Below the pieces are notes generated by a model. That model had not been told where the DNA came from, made no database searches, and worked only from the letters and a program-made list of their open reading frames with translations. A stretch of DNA of 63,434 nt, counting the filler, from Folioceros fuciformis (lineage: Eukaryota): NCBI GenBank assembly GCA_049999805.1. It is 22 parts of 22 records of this genome, joined end to end, with 100 filler letters (N's around TTAATTAATTAA, not from the genome) between each part and the next. Parts side by side here need not be neighbours in the genome. Positions count along the whole stretch, not along the records: positions 57,172 to 61,383 come from JBNGIO010000668.1; positions 61,484 to 63,434 come from JBNGIO010000669.1; 20 more parts are not named here. One strand, 5' to 3'. The position numbers and the translations under genes were made by a program. Shown in pieces: positions 60,944 to 63,434 of this stretch. Each line of letters begins with the position of its first letter. Position 1 is the first letter of the stretch.

Positions 60944-61016
60944 GCTCCCGTGGCCTAATGGATAAGGCATCTGACTTCTAATCAGGGGATTGCGGGTTCG
61001 AGTCCCGCCGGGGGTG
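60944..61016 (+). tRNA. tRNA-Arg (anticodon TCT)
   Basis: 73-nt cloverleaf: GCTCCCG/CGGGGGT acceptor, GCCT/AGGC D stem, TCTGA-CTTCTAA-TCAGG anticodon arm, GCGGG-TTCGAGT-CCCGC T arm. No strong T-run immediately downstream. Confidence 0.93.
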
Positions 61017-61074
61017 TTCTTCTTATGGAAAATTTTGGGGCGTTCTTGGTAATATTTTCCTAAGTTCCCGGTGT

Positions 61075-61335
61075 TAGCAGCCTTGAGATTTCTCGCTCCA
61101 AAATGGGTTTCGTGCCGTCTCTGACCCATTTCCACTGGCTCCCACTGTAGGACAACATATTCTCGTTCATAATCTTGAGGGTGTCTGCAAGCAACATCCT
61201 GGATCGCAGATGCAAAGACAAGACAAGAAGTCCCTAACCGACCTGTGACAATGGCAGTTTGCCCTGTGATGTCAATGCTTGCTATCACTTCCTCGGCTAT
61301 GGAGTCAGATCCAAACCTGTTTCCGTTTCTACCCT
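61075..61335 (-). pseudogene. TIC32-like short-chain dehydrogenase fragment with a retained intron
   Basis: FGSDSIAEEVIASIDITGQTAIVTG, GT..AG intron (about 61145-61242), then GASGNGSETAR / FGARNLKAA with a deletion. Confidence 0.7.
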
Positions 61336-62115
61336 TCTTCTCTAAAATCAATCTTGGCGTCGGCCTTTGCCGTGTACTGCAGGNNNNNNNNNNNNNNNNN
61401 NNNNNNNNNNNNNNNNNNNNNNNNNNNTTAATTAATTAANNNNNNNNNNNNNNNNNNNNNNNNNNNNNNNNNNNNNNNNNNNNCTTCATAGAAGAAATCA
61501 CTCTAGCCTAACATTTTAGACTTTTCTCCAACCACACCATAATGCCCCGCCAATTGCGACCTAATGCCTGGTGATCAAAGGCTAAGGCGCCTTGCAAAGA
61601 AGGCAAAAAAAAGCCAAATACCTTGAATGGCAAAGGTCCAACATAGAGATTTGATACCTCAAAGAGGCACAAGAAAACCTTTGTCATTATGGCTGGTTCA
61701 GGACCTGCAGTGTCCTACTTTTAATTGGTGACGAACTACTCCTCAGAGGTCACCTAGAACATAATGATTATGACTTCTCATACATCCAAGTATAATACCT
61801 CTTCCATCAACAATGAAAAGGGAATTTACGACATGTCTGGACATCATCGCTCCCATCTCACTCATATATGTCAAGGAGAAAGTAATCTCTCACCTCAGTT
61901 TTCTATGTAGACAGCACAACCTCTTCATGCTCCCATCTGCAAAGGAAATTCAAGAAACACAAACCTCAATAATAAAGAAAATCAACAGCCTAGACGAATC
62001 ACATTACCACATCAAATTCCCTCAACAAACTTACAGAGTTGTCCTGACCATGCAATAAGATGTATCCAGTATAATTAGAAACACTGCCTTCAGTGTTTAG
62101 AATGCCACCAACACC

Positions 62116-63434
62116 ATGTCCTCCCACACTAGCCTGTCCAAAGAAGACAAGTTCGATGGTCAGCAGCAAAACTTTCCAACATAGAAATTCAGGATTACAA
62201 ATATCCTAAAGGAGAGAAAATTATGGGGCTACGTAGAAGGCGTAGGCAACCCCCCTGTTCCCATAGCCTACCCAACCAAGGGAATAGCAAAAGAAAAGGA
62301 GGACTGGGAAGACGCCAATCAACAAGCACACAATGTGATCATCCAGGCTATGCGTCATGGGAATGTCCAACAGATGGAAAACACAGACACTGCAGCAGCT
62401 GCCTGGCAGCAATTGCACGATATCATATTATGCACATTGTACACACTTCTTCGGCCTGCGCACGCAAGAGGGAGATCTCGTCGACCAACATACTATGCAC
62501 TTTCGCAGCTAGTCAACAAAATTCAAGGCCACTGGATTCGCCCTTACCGAAGATCTTTCTGCAGCCCTACTCCTTTCCACGCTGCCTGAGTCCTGGGTTA
62601 GTGTTGTGTAGTCCCTTCAAGGAGTAACTCCCATGACAGTCAACAAAGTTATTAGCTCTATGCTAACAGAAGAAGCAAGACACAAATTATCCAACACTTT
62701 TTACGTTGGAGAAGCTTCCTCCAGCGCCTATTTTACAGGCAAAAGATTCAGGGGTAGGGGCTGCGGCATGCGAGGACAACCACATCCCTATGGACTGGGC
62801 AATTATCAGGGTACTTACCCTAGTAGAGGAAGAGGATACTACAATCCCTCTTGGAAACCTGTCTGCGGGTACTGTAAAATTCCAGGACATACCTATGAGG
62901 AATGTCGAAAACGACAAGCTGCAAACAACCCTCAACGTTGACGTGAGCAGACAGGACAACTCGCCCTCACAATGGAAAGACACACAAGAGCATATTTAAC
63001 ACACACACCTCAATCATCCCAAGATCAGCTAGATCAACCAAGTTCCTCTAATCCAACAGCTTATGTGGCATCCTACCTTACAGCTCAGGGACATCACACA
63101 TGGTACATTGATTCAGGTGCCTCCCAGCACATGACACCGAACCTAGAATACTTCACAAAGATCAACCCTACACAGCCACCTCAATATGTTAGTCTAGGAG
63201 ATGACTCCAGACACAAAATACAGGGTCATGGGTCCGTCAAAATTAACCTTAAAACAACATCTACCTTGCACATATTAGACGTTCTTCATGTACCAGGGCT
63301 TACAAATAACCTCTTCTCAGTTAGAAAGGTAGATGAATCAGGCTGTTACGTATGCTTCGGGGATGGTCACTGCATCATTGAAACCCCGCAAGGGGAACTC
63401 CTTGCTACAGGAGCCTTACAAAACAACGACTTGT
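62116..63434 (+). mobile_element. Ty1/copia gag-protease, decayed
   Basis: DKFDG..NF.T*KFRITNILKE, CGYCKIPGHTYEEC, WYIDSGASQHMT, VLHVPGLTNNLFSV. Confidence 0.92.

Noticed and set aside
1693-61483. Regularly recurring TTAATTAATTAA as a biological repeat or CRISPR-like array
   Set aside because: It is always centred in exactly 100 bp of N padding, so it is an assembly spacer. ORFs ending in X..LIN, and any gene neighbourhood across spacers, are artefacts.

Overview
Repeat-rich nuclear DNA of a streptophyte (probably a non-seed plant or charophyte-grade alga; the species cannot be identified from this sequence). It is not one locus. It is 22 short contigs (about 1-5 kb) joined by 21 identical artificial 100-bp spacers (N44-TTAATTAATTAA-N44), so neighbours across spacers are unlinked. 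Most of the DNA is nested, decayed LTR retrotransposons: Ty3 chromovirus, Athila-like Ty3 with tRNA-Asp primer sites and an accessory ORF, and many Ty1/copia. Host-type sequence is limited to one intact two-exon polyol/sugar transporter gene, a tRNA-Arg(TCT) gene, and broken fragments (LETM1-like/CCT5 chimera, TFIIIC-Tau95, Tpt1, SDR). Main finding: three divergent Ty3 fragments on separate contigs carry a C5 cytosine DNA methyltransferase (DNMT) domain in the pol frame (two directly after the protease, one directly before RT). An integrase ending in a PHD finger probably belongs to the same lineage. All protein calls rest on manual translation and motif recognition; no database searches were run.
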